Source: the human T2T-CHM13v2.0 reference genome, Homo sapiens
Direction: 5' to 3' (one strand)
Length of the DNA stretch: 64,000 bases
Assembly (NCBI RefSeq): GCF_009914755.1
Contig: NC_060928.1
The position numbers and the translations under genes were made by a program. Under the pieces are notes generated by a model. That model ran no database searches. It was given only the letters and a program-made list of their open reading frames with translations, and had not been told where the DNA came from. Of this stretch, positions 43,220-56,660 are shown one piece after another (the stretch's first letter is position 1; every line of letters begins with the position of its first letter).

Positions 43220-43390
43220 AGACTAGTTATGGAGGTCATCTTTTACTGGATTAAATTACTGGCAAAGATTAAGAACTGATTGGCTGCTAATGACACTGAA
43301 ATGGTTAAAGTGAAATTAAGATCAGAGCTACCACAAAGTTTGCTTTCAAGAAACTTGAGATACCTTTGATAAGTAGAATTAGATAGCTGC

Positions 43391-43430
<40 letters not shown>

Positions 43431-44345
43431 CGTATACATCCTTGGAACTTAAAATGAGAATCACTATTTGTGAAACATTGGCATATACATGGCATTCAAA
43501 ATTGCCAAGGTAGTTCAGATCCCTTAGAGAAAAAAGTCAAGGAGAAAGGAAGGCTTGGAATAGAGCCCTAAGCAACATCACCATGTGGAGAGTGAAAGAC
43601 TGGGAGTCTACAGAAATTTGGAGTATGGCTGAAAAACCTTGAGAGTGGGAGCAAACCAGGGAAAAGATGGGTAATTTAAGGAGAGAGTTGATAGCTCAGT
43701 TAAGGGCTGCTGAAATGTTTAAATTTGTCAATAGACACAAACAAACAGAAGTGACTGGTTGGTTTGAGAACAGTCTAGATGTAATGGTTGAGATATCAAC
43801 AAGAATACATGAAGACTGCAATTCACATGGTTGGTACAGGAAATGGAAATAGCGTGTAGAAGTTTGTCTTATGGGAAGTTTAGATTTGAAGGCAATGAAC
43901 GAAGTAGAGTAGTTGTCATGCAGAAATGTGGGGATCAGATGGGCTTTCATATTATTTGGATTTATTCTTGAAAATGTAAGGGTTAAAATATATTTCTAGG
44001 CACTGCAGAAACGAGAAGCTTATAGTGTGAATGAGATAATCTAAATAAGAAAAATACTTGAGATGGTAAAAGGGAGGATTTGTGGACAGGTTGGTTTTTG
44101 ATGGTAGAGGGAACTCTGTTCCCTTTAAGCTGTTGGAAAGAAATTATCAATAGCACGGATGCAGGATGGGTAGATTTGTAGATATAAATAGAGAGGATTT
44201 GCTAAGTCAGTCCCTGAAAGGAATGAAAATGGAAGAAGATTTGAGAGGTGAAGGGACATCTGTGGAATTGAAATGCAGTGCAGGAAGAAGGGACAGAATG
44301 GAGCTTCTGGCAGCAGCAATTGGAACAACTCATGAGAGAGCACTG
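43220..44345 (-). mobile_element. Degenerate L2 internal fragments
   Basis: Purine-rich antisense L2 text (AGAGCCCTAAGCAACATCACCA; TGCTGAAATGTTT). Confidence 0.5.
43399..43427. repeat. (CA)n microsatellite
   Basis: Directly visible. Confidence 0.95.
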
Positions 44346-45067
44346 TCAAATAATGGTGTGAGGAAGTTCACAGATTCTTCCTTCTTCTCAAAATTATTAC
44401 TACCACACAGTCACACTGTTTGACATGCCACTTTATAGAAACTTGTTCTGTCGTGTTTAAAGTGTCCTCTTTAAGCTACAAGTATCTTGGAGGTTTCATA
44501 CTAAAATTGCATCTAGTTATTCTAGACTTCTATTAAATGAGCATAATCTAGTATAAATATATATCATTATTTTCTAAATGAGCTGAAATGATCAAACTGA
44601 ATGAGAACATTGTTGTAGTGACTGAGAGGATGAAGAACTGTAAACAACAAGAAACACCTCAGTGGGCTATTACTGTAATCCTAAACTTACTTGTAAGAAG
44701 AGGTAATAGCAAAACAGAACTATTTCCCATTCTGGCGAAGCTTCAACAAGGAAGACAATAATTAGAAGGTAATTAGGTAGCATAATTCACAAGTTGAGAT
44801 TCTATGATGTATGAGGCTAATGTAATAATGGTGGCATGAAGCTTTCTTTGATATTAGCAATCACTGAAGATTTGGGTTCAGTAGTGCTTAGCAATTAATA
44901 GCTTTTCTACCTTTTGTCAGTATTCCTACATACTATACATTTTATCAATCTATATTCTTTATAATTATAACTGGCATTAGAAAATGCCAAATAATACTCC
45001 TATTTAACAACCATATTTAATCTATTACAGCATCACCATTTGTTACCTTTGTGAAAATTATGAAGGA

Positions 45068-45434
45068 TGTTATAGACTGAATGTTTGTATCCCCCCAGTT
45101 ATATTTTGAAATCTTGACCCGCAATGTGATGGTATTAGGAGTTGAAGTCTGCAGGAGGTAATTAAGTCATAAGGGTGGAGCACTCATCAATGGTATTAGT
45201 GACTTCACAAGAAGAGACATGAAAGCTTGCTTTCTCTCTGTGTTCTTTACTTTAGAAGGATATGACTGGAAGACAGCCACCTGCAAACCGGAAAGAGAGC
45301 TGTCACCAAGAACCTGACTGTGCTGGCACCCTGATCTTGAACTTTCAGCCTCCAGTACTGTTAGAAATCAATGTTGATGGTTTACTCTACCCAGTCTATG
45401 GGATTTTTGTTACAGCAGCCCAAACTGATTCAGA
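45068..45434 (+). mobile_element. MLT1A0-like LTR
   Basis: TGTTATAGACTGAATGTTTGT...GCTGGCACCCTGATCTTGAACTT...GCAGCCCAAACTGA. Confidence 0.88.
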
Positions 45435-45620
45435 TGAGGCAACAAGGTAAAACTGCTCCTGAACTTGTGCTTCTCTCTAACAAACATAAAATCATTTGCT
45501 AACCCTAGGTCTAGAGTTCCAGTCTGATGTCAATCAGTTCATTGATTTCCAGGCCATACTTTACTGCTTTCACTATTCTTGTAAGTGTTCTTAATGTTCA
45601 ACACGTGACAGAGAAGCTAG

Positions 45621-46016
<396 letters not shown>

Positions 46017-46586
46017 TAAACATTGGGAGCCCATTAATATTATTAAGAATCATAACAATGATTTTTTTACATGAAAATAATCTTTAATATTTAGAACATT
46101 TCCTTTATTTCACGTTTAATTAAAGAAGACACTTGAAGGGTGTTTGAAGAAAGTCTAGTTTCTTAATATGGGCATAATTATTCATATTTAGGTTGTTTAA
46201 AATAGTTTATAGATATGTCTGTTTTCTTCTTATAAAATTAGTACTTACCGCTTGGAGGTTAAACCAGGTATAATTTCTTGAAGCATCTTTGATTCCCTTC
46301 AATTGACTGATAGGCTTAAAATTATGGCTCCAAGAACAATTAAATAAGGAACTGTAAGGAGTGGAGGAGGTTTTGATTTAAACAGAAGGTGACATGGAGC
46401 AACACAATTTATTGTTGAGAAACTGGAATGTCCTTTTTATACAATGTAAAAAAAATAGTTCTGGTGGTAGAACAAGAGTATTTCATAATTACCTATTGTG
46501 CTAAGCCTTTTGCTTACCATCTTAAATAAAATTCAAAATAAAAAAGCTCTCAACAATATTTTTGACAAAATATCCCACACCATTCT

Positions 46587-46887
46587 TTTTTTTTTTTTTT
46601 TTTTGAGACGGAGTTTTGCTTTTGTTGCTCAGGCGGGAGTGTAATGGCATGATCTCGGCTCACAGCAGCCTCTGCCTCCCGATTCAAGCAATTCTCCTGT
46701 CTCAGCCTCCCAAGTAGCTGGAATTACAGTGCGTGCCACCATGCCTGGTTAATTTTTTTTTATTTTTAGTAGAGACGGGGTTTCATCATATTGATCAGGC
46801 TGGTCTCGAACTCCTGACCTCAGGTGATCTACCCACCTCGGCCTCCCAAAATGCTGGGATTACAGGTGTGAGCCACTGTACCCAGCC
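46587..46887 (-). mobile_element. AluS (Sp/Sq-like)
   Basis: Full dimer; 18-bp TSD AATATCCCACACCATTCT at 46569-46586 and 46891-46908. Confidence 0.96.
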
Positions 46888-47096
46888 TTTAATATCCCAC
46901 ACCATTCTATTCTCATTCCTTGCAGGATGATACTAGGGTATTTAATATTTTTCTGATTTTTATTATTCTTCATTATTTTATTTTTATTTGTAATAGTAAT
47001 ACTGTAGTAGCTGTCTGAAAAATAATGGATTGCAATCTGTTAGGCATTTTTGAGAACAAGAATCAAAAATAGATATATTTCAAAAAGGCCACAGGT

Positions 47097-47142
47097 TGTG
47101 TGTGTGTGTGTGTGTGTGTGTCTGTGTGTATGTGTGTATGTG
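47097..47142. repeat. (TG)n microsatellite
   Basis: Directly visible. Confidence 0.95.
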
Positions 47143-47177
47143 GTGAGAGAAGATTACATAAATAATATGCAACTCAG

Positions 47178-47566
47178 TACTACAGACTGAAATGTATCCC
47201 CCTGGAAAATTCATATGTTGAAGACTTAACCCCTAATGTGGTGGTATTTGGAGATGAAGCTCTTGAGAAGTAATTAAGGTTTAGATGAGGTCAGGAGAGC
47301 GAGGCTGTCATGATAGGATTAGTGCCCCTATAGGAAGGAAAAACAGCATCCTCTTTCTTTCTTTTTCTCTCTCTCTCTCTCGTCATGCAAGGACACAACA
47401 AGAAGGCAGACTTCTGCAAGTGAGGAAGAGAACCCTAACCTGTATCCCACCATGCTGACACTCTGATCTCAGACTTTCAGCTTCCAGAATGCTGGAAAAT
47501 AAAATTATGTTGTATAAGTGACTCAATCTGTGGTATTTTATTAAGGCAGCCAAGTGGATTAAGACA
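47178..47566 (+). mobile_element. MLT1A-like LTR
   Basis: AAATTCATATGTTGAAG..TAACCCCTAATGTG...GGATTAAGACA terminus. Confidence 0.88.
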
Positions 47567-48059
47567 ATGAGCATATTTCTTTATTGCTCTTTGGGAGCAT
47601 CTGGGGTAGGATGTAGCAAGATCTCAGAAGAGATAACTGTGATGAATCAGTAAAGGCTGAATTCAAGACCCAGGTGCTCCAAATATACAAAAAAAATGCA
47701 TTCTTAATTATTGCATAAAAGCAGCGGAGCTATTGAAACAGAAAGCACCTTGGACATCACTGTAATAACCAGCATGCACAAATGTCCACTAACTGGAGTG
47801 GTCTTCTGCAATGAGTAAGAGCTTGGAACTTGGTGAAATCTGAGAAAATGGACCTAGACTCAATAGTCACTGTTAATGAATTTCTTATCGATTCACCAGA
47901 GTGTGAATTAAGGATCATACTTTCAAATTTTTAATATTTTTGGTACTCTTGAATTTCTGAACTAACATTCTTACCCTTCTAAATTAAATGAGATGGATTC
48001 AAATATATTTTTATCAAAAATATTATCCATTGAGGTTATAAGACCATTGACTATGGCAA

Positions 48060-48336
48060 TAGTCAATATCATGCTTAACAATGAGGATATCTTTTGAGAA
48101 ATGTATCGTTAGGCAATTTCTCCATTGTGTGAGCATTGTAGACTGCACTTACACAAACCTAGATTGTGTAGCCTACTACACACCTAGGCTATGTAGTAAT
48201 CTTTTTCTCCCTGGCTGCAAACTTTTAAACTGTTACTGTACTGAATATTGGGAAAAATTGAAACAGTTTGGTAAATACTTTTGTATCTAAATACATCTGA
48301 ACATAGAAAAGTTACAGTAAAAATATGGTATAAAAA
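48060..48336 (+). mobile_element. Tigger3-type DNA transposon, left part (resumes ~49687-49745)
   Basis: GCTTAACAATGAGGATA..TGAGAAATGTATCGTTAGGCAATTT...CTTACACAAACCTAGAT...CCTACTACACACCTAGGCT. Confidence 0.88.
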
Positions 48337-48352
48337 TTCAAAAACAATTAAT

Positions 48353-48787
48353 TGCTATAGTTGGAATATTATCCCCCTTTAAAATTCATGTTGAAACTTA
48401 ATCCCCAATTGGCAGTATTGAGGGTTAAGGCCTTTAAGAGGTGTTTGGATAATAAGAGTTCTGCCCTCCTGAATGGATGAATCCGTTCATGAATTAACAG
48501 ATTAATGGGTTAATGAATTAATGTGTTATCGTGGGAGTGGAACTGTTGGATTTATAAAAAGAGAAAGAGAGACTTGTGCTAGCATGTTCAGCTTCCTTAT
48601 TGTGTGAGGCTCTGCACCACCTCCAGAGTATGCAGAGATTCCCCACAAGCAAGAAGATCCTCACCAGATGCGACCTCTCCATCTTGGACTTCTCAGCATT
48701 TATAACTACAAGAAATAATTTTTTTTTACTTTATAAATCGACAAGGTTCATGTAATCTGTTCTAAGCAAAGGAAATGGACAAAAGCA
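48353..48787 (+). mobile_element. MSTD-like MaLR LTR
   Basis: TGCTATAGTT start, ATTAATGGGTTAATGAATTAATG motif, ends CA; TSD TTAAT/CTAAT. Confidence 0.85.
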
Positions 48788-49680
48788 CTAATCATCAGGG
48801 AAATGCAATCAAAACCACAATGAGATACTGCCTCACTATGGTTAGAACGGTTTTTATCAAAAAGAAAACAAACAAATGCTGATAAGGATGTGGAGAAAGA
48901 GAAATTCTTATACACTGCTGGTGAGAACGTAAATAAGCAAAGCCATTATAAAAAACAATATGAAGTTTCTTCAAAAAATTAAAACTAGAACTATCATACC
49001 ATATGATTCAGCAATCTCATTATTGAGTATATATGCAAAGGAGATGAAATAAGTGTGTTGAAGAGATATCTGCACTCCCATCATTATTGTAGTGCTATTC
49101 ACAATAGCCAAGATACTGAATCAAATTAAGTGTTCATCTACAGATAATTGGTAAAGATAAATGTGTATATAAACAATGGAATGCTATTCAGCCTTAAAAC
49201 AGAATGAAATCCTGTCATTTGACATAACATGAATGAACCCAGAAGACATAGTTAAGGGTAATAACCTAGGCACAGAAAAACAAATACTGCATGATCTCAC
49301 TCATATGTGGAATCCGAAAGAGTTGATTTCATAGATGTAGAAAGTAGAATAGTGGTTACCGAGGCTAGAGAGAGTAGAAGAGAGGAAGACTGGGAGAGAT
49401 GGCTCAAGCGGTTCAAAGTTACAATTAGAGAAGAAGGATAAATTCTGGTGTTCTGTTACACAGTACAGTGACTAACAAATAATAATGCAGTGTGTATTTC
49501 AAGATAGCAAGAAGAGAAAATGTTTAATTTTATCACCAAAAAGAAGAGATAAATGTTTAAAGTAATGAATATGATAATGTCTCTGATTTAGTAATTATAC
49601 AATGTATACATGCATTGGAGCATTACAGTATACTTCATATATTTGTACAATTATTATTTGTTAATTATTAATAAAACATT
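48788..49680 (+). mobile_element. L1MA6-8-like ORF2 end and 3' UTR
   Basis: CTAATCATCAGGGAAATGCAATCAAAACCACAATGAGATAC...AGTAGAATAGTGGTTACC...ATACAATGTATACATG. Confidence 0.9.
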
Positions 49681-52537
49681 TTTTTAAAGATAGAAAGATG
49701 CACCTGTATAGGGCAGCTCTATTATAATCTTATGAAACCTCATACATACGTATATGCACATATGTATACAAATGTAGATATACTATGGGCAAACTAAATC
49801 AGACATTATAAAAAAAGTAAAATAATTAAGCAATTAACCTTTTATAGTCATGATTCTTACACATATTCATTGTTTTTGTGTGATAATTTTATTAAATGTA
49901 ATAATGGCTTCAAAAACACATAAATTTAGGTGAAAATTAGTTTAGAAGAGAGTATCAATTCAAAAAAATGTATGTTGAAATTTATCCATTAAAATAACAG
50001 TAAAATTACATTTTTCCATAAACCTTAAAGTCAGTAGAGAGAAGGTAAAATTTTTCATAGCTACTGACTAAGCTGAATTTAATAATTTTAATTTAGTAGA
50101 ACATTTTCTTTCCTGAGAGATTTCTCCGTAGTGTTTTATATGCATACATAGACACATATATTCACTAATTGTATCTACTCATTTATATATATAGCTATAT
50201 ACTCATATTTTTATTTTTATGTAAAATTTCCAAAATGCTTAATATGGCAGTATAATAATTATAACTAGATTTACTTCAAAACATAGACATAAAGAAGATT
50301 ACATGCCTGTAGAAGTTCATTGAATTAGGAATCACATGCTATTTATTTTAGCAGATATCTTCTTAATTAAATGTTTGACCCATGTGAAGTCATTTAACAG
50401 ATCTGTTACGCATTATTCACATATGCAAAATAATCTATATGATCTGAATACCATTTCCATCTTTAAAATTACATATTCCTAAATTAGATGTGAAAACAGT
50501 CAAAATAGATGCCTCACAACTTTGTGCTAGCCATATAATGGATCACACATCTTATGCCAGGTGAGAGGTCTTCTGTCTTCAACTGATTTTATATTGAAAT
50601 ATAAATTCCTGAGTTTCCTCTTATAGTATTAATGTCTCCAAAGTTCTACAAAAGAAAACAATAAAACAAATATTCTTATGTATGCCAACAAATATAAAAA
50701 TAGTGAATGTAATATCTCATAAAACATTTATAAACAATCAAACGATAGCACACCCAGTGCACACTTGGGAAAGGTGAATGCAATATAAACTTAAATAATA
50801 CATTCCTATAAAAAGCTTTAAGGGCTTAAGTTACGATCTTTCACTCTCATCTACTGTGTATTTGGCCACACAACTCAATAATGTTGACAAATCTAATTTT
50901 CTAAAAGGCTTGAGGTTGTTTTTGATGCAACAATGATAGAAAGATTTGCTGGTGGGTGTCTGAGTCCAGTGAGTCTTGTATTACAGCAATGAGGCAGCAG
51001 ACATAATAAAAGACATTCTGGCCAAACAATTTTCTTTTATATCTTTAACAGTGTTTTTAGTCAGGGTAAATATCATTCCAGGTCTTTTATTAATTTGCCA
51101 GCCTATATATTAAAATGTAGACCTCAATCTCAGCCAACCTTTGAAGTAATTGGAGGTAAGCAGAATTGCATGAGCTAGGTGATTGAATAATGGTATTAGA
51201 AAAGTGTTAGTTAGTTTTAAAAGGTATAATGGATACTATGAAGTAGAAATTTCATTTTAAATCTGAAATCATTAAAAGGTTGCCTAAGGCTATATATATA
51301 TCATTAAAATCATTAAAAGTTTGCCTAAGGAGATACATAGTTTCACAGTTTGAAAGAAAGACTGGTACTAGTTAAATTGTCTTCACAAAAATCTATAAAA
51401 ATAATACTTTAAAGTATAATAGTGGTAGAAAAGTTAATATAGGAACCTAGGATGTCAAAAATTAGTTGCAAGATTAGCTGTCCCTTCAGGAACTTTTTAG
51501 ATCTAACAGGGAGCTTCCTTTCCATGATACTATGTATCCATATACTACTACTGAACATTATTCCAAAAACACTACCACCTGAGAAGGGGTTATATATTGT
51601 ATTAGATAAACAAATAGCAAGCATATTCATTCAAATACAAATTAATCTTCATGGATTTTGAAGTAAACATGCAAAAAAGACAATGCAACTCTGACATAAT
51701 TTATGTTCAAGATTCAATTTCAAAAAAAACCATAGTTTGTAATTTAAGAAAAGAGAAATTACTTGCAAATTATAAACTTTTAACAAAAACTTGTTATTCC
51801 ATTTTGAAAAACACTGTATCTGAAAAAAAGTTTTTCATCACTCATCAAAACAGGAAAATATAGGAATATTTATCAAAATGAGAAATGCTCTCATTTTGAT
51901 ATGCTATATAGAACAGTGCAGTAGGTGAATCACAGGTAAAAAGAAAGAATAGGATTTGGTTTTCACAGATGAAGCATAATAATTCAGCAAAGATTTGTCA
52001 AGTATGTGCTACATGTATTCCAGGTATATAGAGGGGATAGAGATCTAGGAAAAGAACATTCTAGGCAGAAGGGACAACAAATGCAGAGGTTCTTACATTT
52101 TTCCTTCAGGTATAGCCATCTGATTTATGTATAATTATATTTGTACAAACATACCTTAAAAATAAATCAATGTGTAAGCATTTACATTGTGAGGTGTTCT
52201 TAAAAATGGGCCAATTTATTCTGGAATTCTAAAATATTATTCAGCAGTATCTAAGATTAAGAACTCAAAAAGGGTACTAACTCTCCCTAAATTCAAAGGC
52301 CCTAACTTAGCTATGAGTTATATATACATATATTAATATGACTTTCATGGAACCATTGTACAAATTATGGTTGAAAATTATGTCATTTTATTAAAGATCA
52401 TGTTTCATGTGCTAAACAATTCACATATATTTTATATTATCTTGCATAATATCAAATATAGTAATTCAATTCAATTATCTATCTACTTTTCTGGACCCCC
52501 TAATTTTACCCATGTATACATATTTTAGACAGCTTTA

Positions 52538-52645
52538 CATATATATATGTATATATATGTGTATATATGTGTGTATATATATGTATATATGTGTATATAT
52601 GTGTGTATATATATGTATATATGTGTATATATGTGTGTATATATA

Positions 52646-52708
<63 letters not shown>
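52538..52708. repeat. Complex (TA)n/(TG)n microsatellite, ~170 bp
   Basis: Directly visible; ends in pure (TG)n then (TA)n. Confidence 0.97.
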
Positions 52709-52711
<3 letters not shown>

Positions 52712-52779
52712 TAAAATTAGAAGCTCCTTAAAAGCTCATTGCAAGAGAATTATCAGTATTTTATCTGTCTGGTGGTTTC

Positions 52780-53500
52780 CCGGAATATCTCACTTATGAA
52801 GCTATTTGTATTGGACTTAACTTAGAGCTCACCTGGTGTGAAAAGCCTTTTCCCCAGGGGTAGTTGTAAAAATAAAAAATAAAAAATATATATATATATA
52901 TACGTAGATAGGCAATTGTTAAATTTCACAGCCTAAGAGTGTGAATAGGAGTTGAAATGAACAACTGATTGAAAACCTTTCAAGGAAAATCTGGATAATG
53001 AAATAGTGTTAGGGATTATCCACCTATTCCTGGAAATCTAGAAGGAACACATGCATGCAGAGGACTTTGTGCATGCCCAAGACTGTGTACATACATCAAG
53101 ATGATCCGGGAAGGCCCTAATCTCTCTGTTCTAGTTAATCTTGAGAATATGCATAAGGAGAAAGTGAAGTCCGAATCAGGATTGTCAGTTTCAGGCTGAG
53201 TATTGAAGGCATAACCCAACATGCATACAGAATTTATTTACAAAGATTAGAATACTTACTGGTTCCTGGCAGCTAAGGAACTCTTTGTCCAATCATTGAA
53301 TGACTACTAAGTTAACTGAGCAGAGACTGCTCATGATAAAGAATACAGATTTTAGAGAATTGTATCAGAAAATTCACTAAACCAAAAACAATGACAAACA
53401 GCAATAACAACAGCCTTGGGAATATGCTCATATCAAGAATCGCAACTTTATATTATTTAAAGTGTACAATTTTCAACCAAAAATTATGAGATGTGCAGAA
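52780..53500 (+). mobile_element. L1MC/MD-type 5' region fragment
   Basis: TTGGACTTAACTTAGAGCT..TGAAAAGCC; TGTGCATGCCCAAG; TTTTCAACCAAAAATTATGAGA. Confidence 0.6.
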
Positions 53501-54137
53501 AGGGAGAGAGAGAAAGAAAGAGACAGAGTGGAGTTCTCCTAATTGCAATCATAGTTTACCATTTCATTGCTGTTAGTTCCATGTGTTAGTGACAGTTTAG
53601 TATCTATTTGAATACACAAGAAAATAATATCAATAATATGTAATAATGTCCAACGAACACATGTAAACTTCCATTTGACTTTAAGTCAAAAGTGAAGGGA
53701 ACATTATACTATTCTGTGTTTACATAATTTAATAAAAACAAAATACATCAGGAAATGAGATCATAATAATTCATAACCATAAACTTTGAAACAACATCAA
53801 ACATTATAAATATTTTATGTTCACTCAACCAAGCTTGAGGGCTATTCATGCCTTTCCGGTAAACCACTGCTATAGAGAATAAAAATATCAGCTCTTATAT
53901 TGCCACTGTATCATGAGTAAACACGTTTATTTTCCTTAACTAGTTTCTGTTTTAGTCATTTAAGTATTTTTCTTATGTAATTCTTTTGTCTTTCTGCCAT
54001 GTCATTCATATGACATAAGTTTTCTTTAACTTCTAGAGTGAAATTTCTAGGGACCCTGACATTTTACATAAGCTGTGAAAAACATCTTGAGAAGGAAAAA
54101 GGAATTAACATGTGAAATCAAACTTTTGTAGATTTCT

Positions 54138-54441
<304 letters not shown>

Positions 54442-54524
54442 ATTTCAAAAGTGTATTCCTATCCCATAATACAATAAGTGATAATTTAAAACCAAACCCA
54501 ATTCTGAATTTAATTAAGGATGAT

Positions 54525-54750
54525 GCAACATGGTATAGCTTTAAATACATGTGTTTTGAGATAGTGGTGGATCCACTCTATAACCTACGATTTAAAGTGC
54601 ATTGGGAAGTAAAGACACTAGTCCTAGCTTACTCATCTAAACCATGAGGATACTAATATCTTCCATAAAAAGTTGATCAGGCTTATTGACACATCTGTAA
54701 ATCAACTTGTCTAACTCCTAGTTGGTGATAATTAGTTTAACAAGAATATT
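54525..54750 (+). mobile_element. MIR
   Basis: Degenerate core CTCATCTAAACCATGAGGATACTAATA. Confidence 0.5.
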
Positions 54751-55135
54751 TATGTAGTGATATATAGCTAATGTGGCAAATCACATTAAATGCAATTAGT
54801 TTTTTAAGTATTTATACTCATATATACAGAAAGGTTAACTTAATGCTCATTCTATTTGAAGAATATTTGCAGTAATTTTGTGACAGATGTTTAATACAAA
54901 CCTAATTAATAATTCAATACCAAATTAATTACTCCGTAGACTTTTGAAAATTTCATGAGTCACCACTCATGATTACTCATAGATATCATACATTAAATAT
55001 CTCCCCAAAGAGGAAAACAATTTCTTTCCCTCAAAATCTAGAAAATGTGCATGTTCTTAATATTATAAACTAGGTGAATAATTTTGAGCGAGCATTCACT
55101 TTGTATCTGATACGCCCATGTTTCTTTAAAACCCT

Positions 55136-55330
55136 AAGTTGTTATTGATTATAGTCACTCTGTTCTGCCATCAAATACTAGGTCTTATAATTGGATTGTA
55201 AGAGGGTGTAAACCCTATTTTTCATGATGTGATAATTACCTATTTCACGCCTGTATCAAAACATCTCTTATACCCCATAAGTATTTAAACCTACTATACA
55301 CTCACAAAAATTACTTTTTTTAAAAAAAGT
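55136..55330 (+). mobile_element. Short L1MA2/3-like 3' end with 5' inversion
   Basis: Antisense 55136-55188, sense 55186-55328; CTAAGTT-containing TSD. Confidence 0.8.
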
Positions 55331-56339
55331 AAAACTAAGTTTTTTCAAGTCTGATGCCCTGCAAAGCTGCCTGACTGACGTAACTTGGTTCTAAGTTGGC
55401 TTTCATATACAGTAGCTCTGTAATATTTTTTAGCAAAATGATATTTTAACCAATTTTATCTTCTCAGCATCTAATACTGTAGCATATGTTTAATAAAATA
55501 TTGTTGAATAAAGTTAATTCATCCACTATGTATTCAAGTTATACTTAAATATTGGGGAATTTTGATTAATCTTATGAATTAATTCAGTACTCTATGACAA
55601 AATGACTGAACTGTAAACCAACAATTCCTCTTAGTACTGATAATACGTTTAATTTCTATAACTTGAGTAAAACTGTTTACTCCCAAATTTTAGTATGAAA
55701 TGCTCATATCCCTAAAACCATCATTTTCAGTCTGTAGCTAACTTTTTTAAAAATGAAATGTACATTCATTTTTCTTTTGGATATAATACATATAACACAT
55801 ATGTTTTTACTGACATCCTGAGGATATCAGCACAAAAAATATGTTTCTATACTCCGGAAAAAATTTGATTAAAGAAATAGAATAGATCAATTCGGTTATA
55901 CAAAGTCAATTGAGTTATATAAAAAGTATTCCAAACCTAATAGTCTTTTTGTCTAATGTATTTCTTCACAGCAAGCCTCATTTTCTCTAACCATAAAAAC
56001 CCCCAGAATTACAATCCCATCTTTATAAATAAGAAAGAGATAATTTCCATTTTTTTACTGTCATATTAGGTGAACTTACTGTTTATTTGACTAAAACCTG
56101 AACCTTTACCTTTCCTGATTAGTGTTACATATTCCATACCTAGGTTTAACCATGTCCTTCCCATTAAAATTATGCTGTTTTACATCCAATTACCTATACT
56201 CCATTGATATATTGATCATATGTTTACCTTCTTAATGTCTAATGTAACATACATGAACTTCTGTGAATTTTCCTCTACATGCTTCTCTACCACCATCCTT
56301 ATCCTGTGGTACAGAAATAGAACTCTTAAAACAGGCTCA

Positions 56340-56660
56340 AACTCCCATTATCCATTCCGATGTTCCTTGCTCATGTTCCTTTATCTCATCATGTTCCAAT
56401 ATGCCATAATTTCCCACTTTCAAGACTCAGCTGTAGAAAGTGTTTTTTGATCTTCACAGAAAAAATAGACTTTTTATTCCTTCGAACCCACAGGATACGA
56501 TAGCACCATAGCCATTATAATATGTTTTACTACTTTATTTTCCTCTTCTAGATCAAGGAGATTTCGAAGATGGTACTGTGTCATGTAAATAATTGCCTTC
56601 CTAGCACCTGACATTAATAGACATTTGATAAATATTTGTATTTTTATGAATAAACTAATT
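56340..56660 (+). mobile_element. L2 3' fragment
   Basis: TTCAAGACTCAGCT...CCTAGCACCTGACA..TGATAAATATTTG..ATGAATAAA. Confidence 0.5.

Noticed and set aside
52512-52799. 95-aa hydrophobic ORF
   Set aside because: Translation of a (TA)/(TG) microsatellite.
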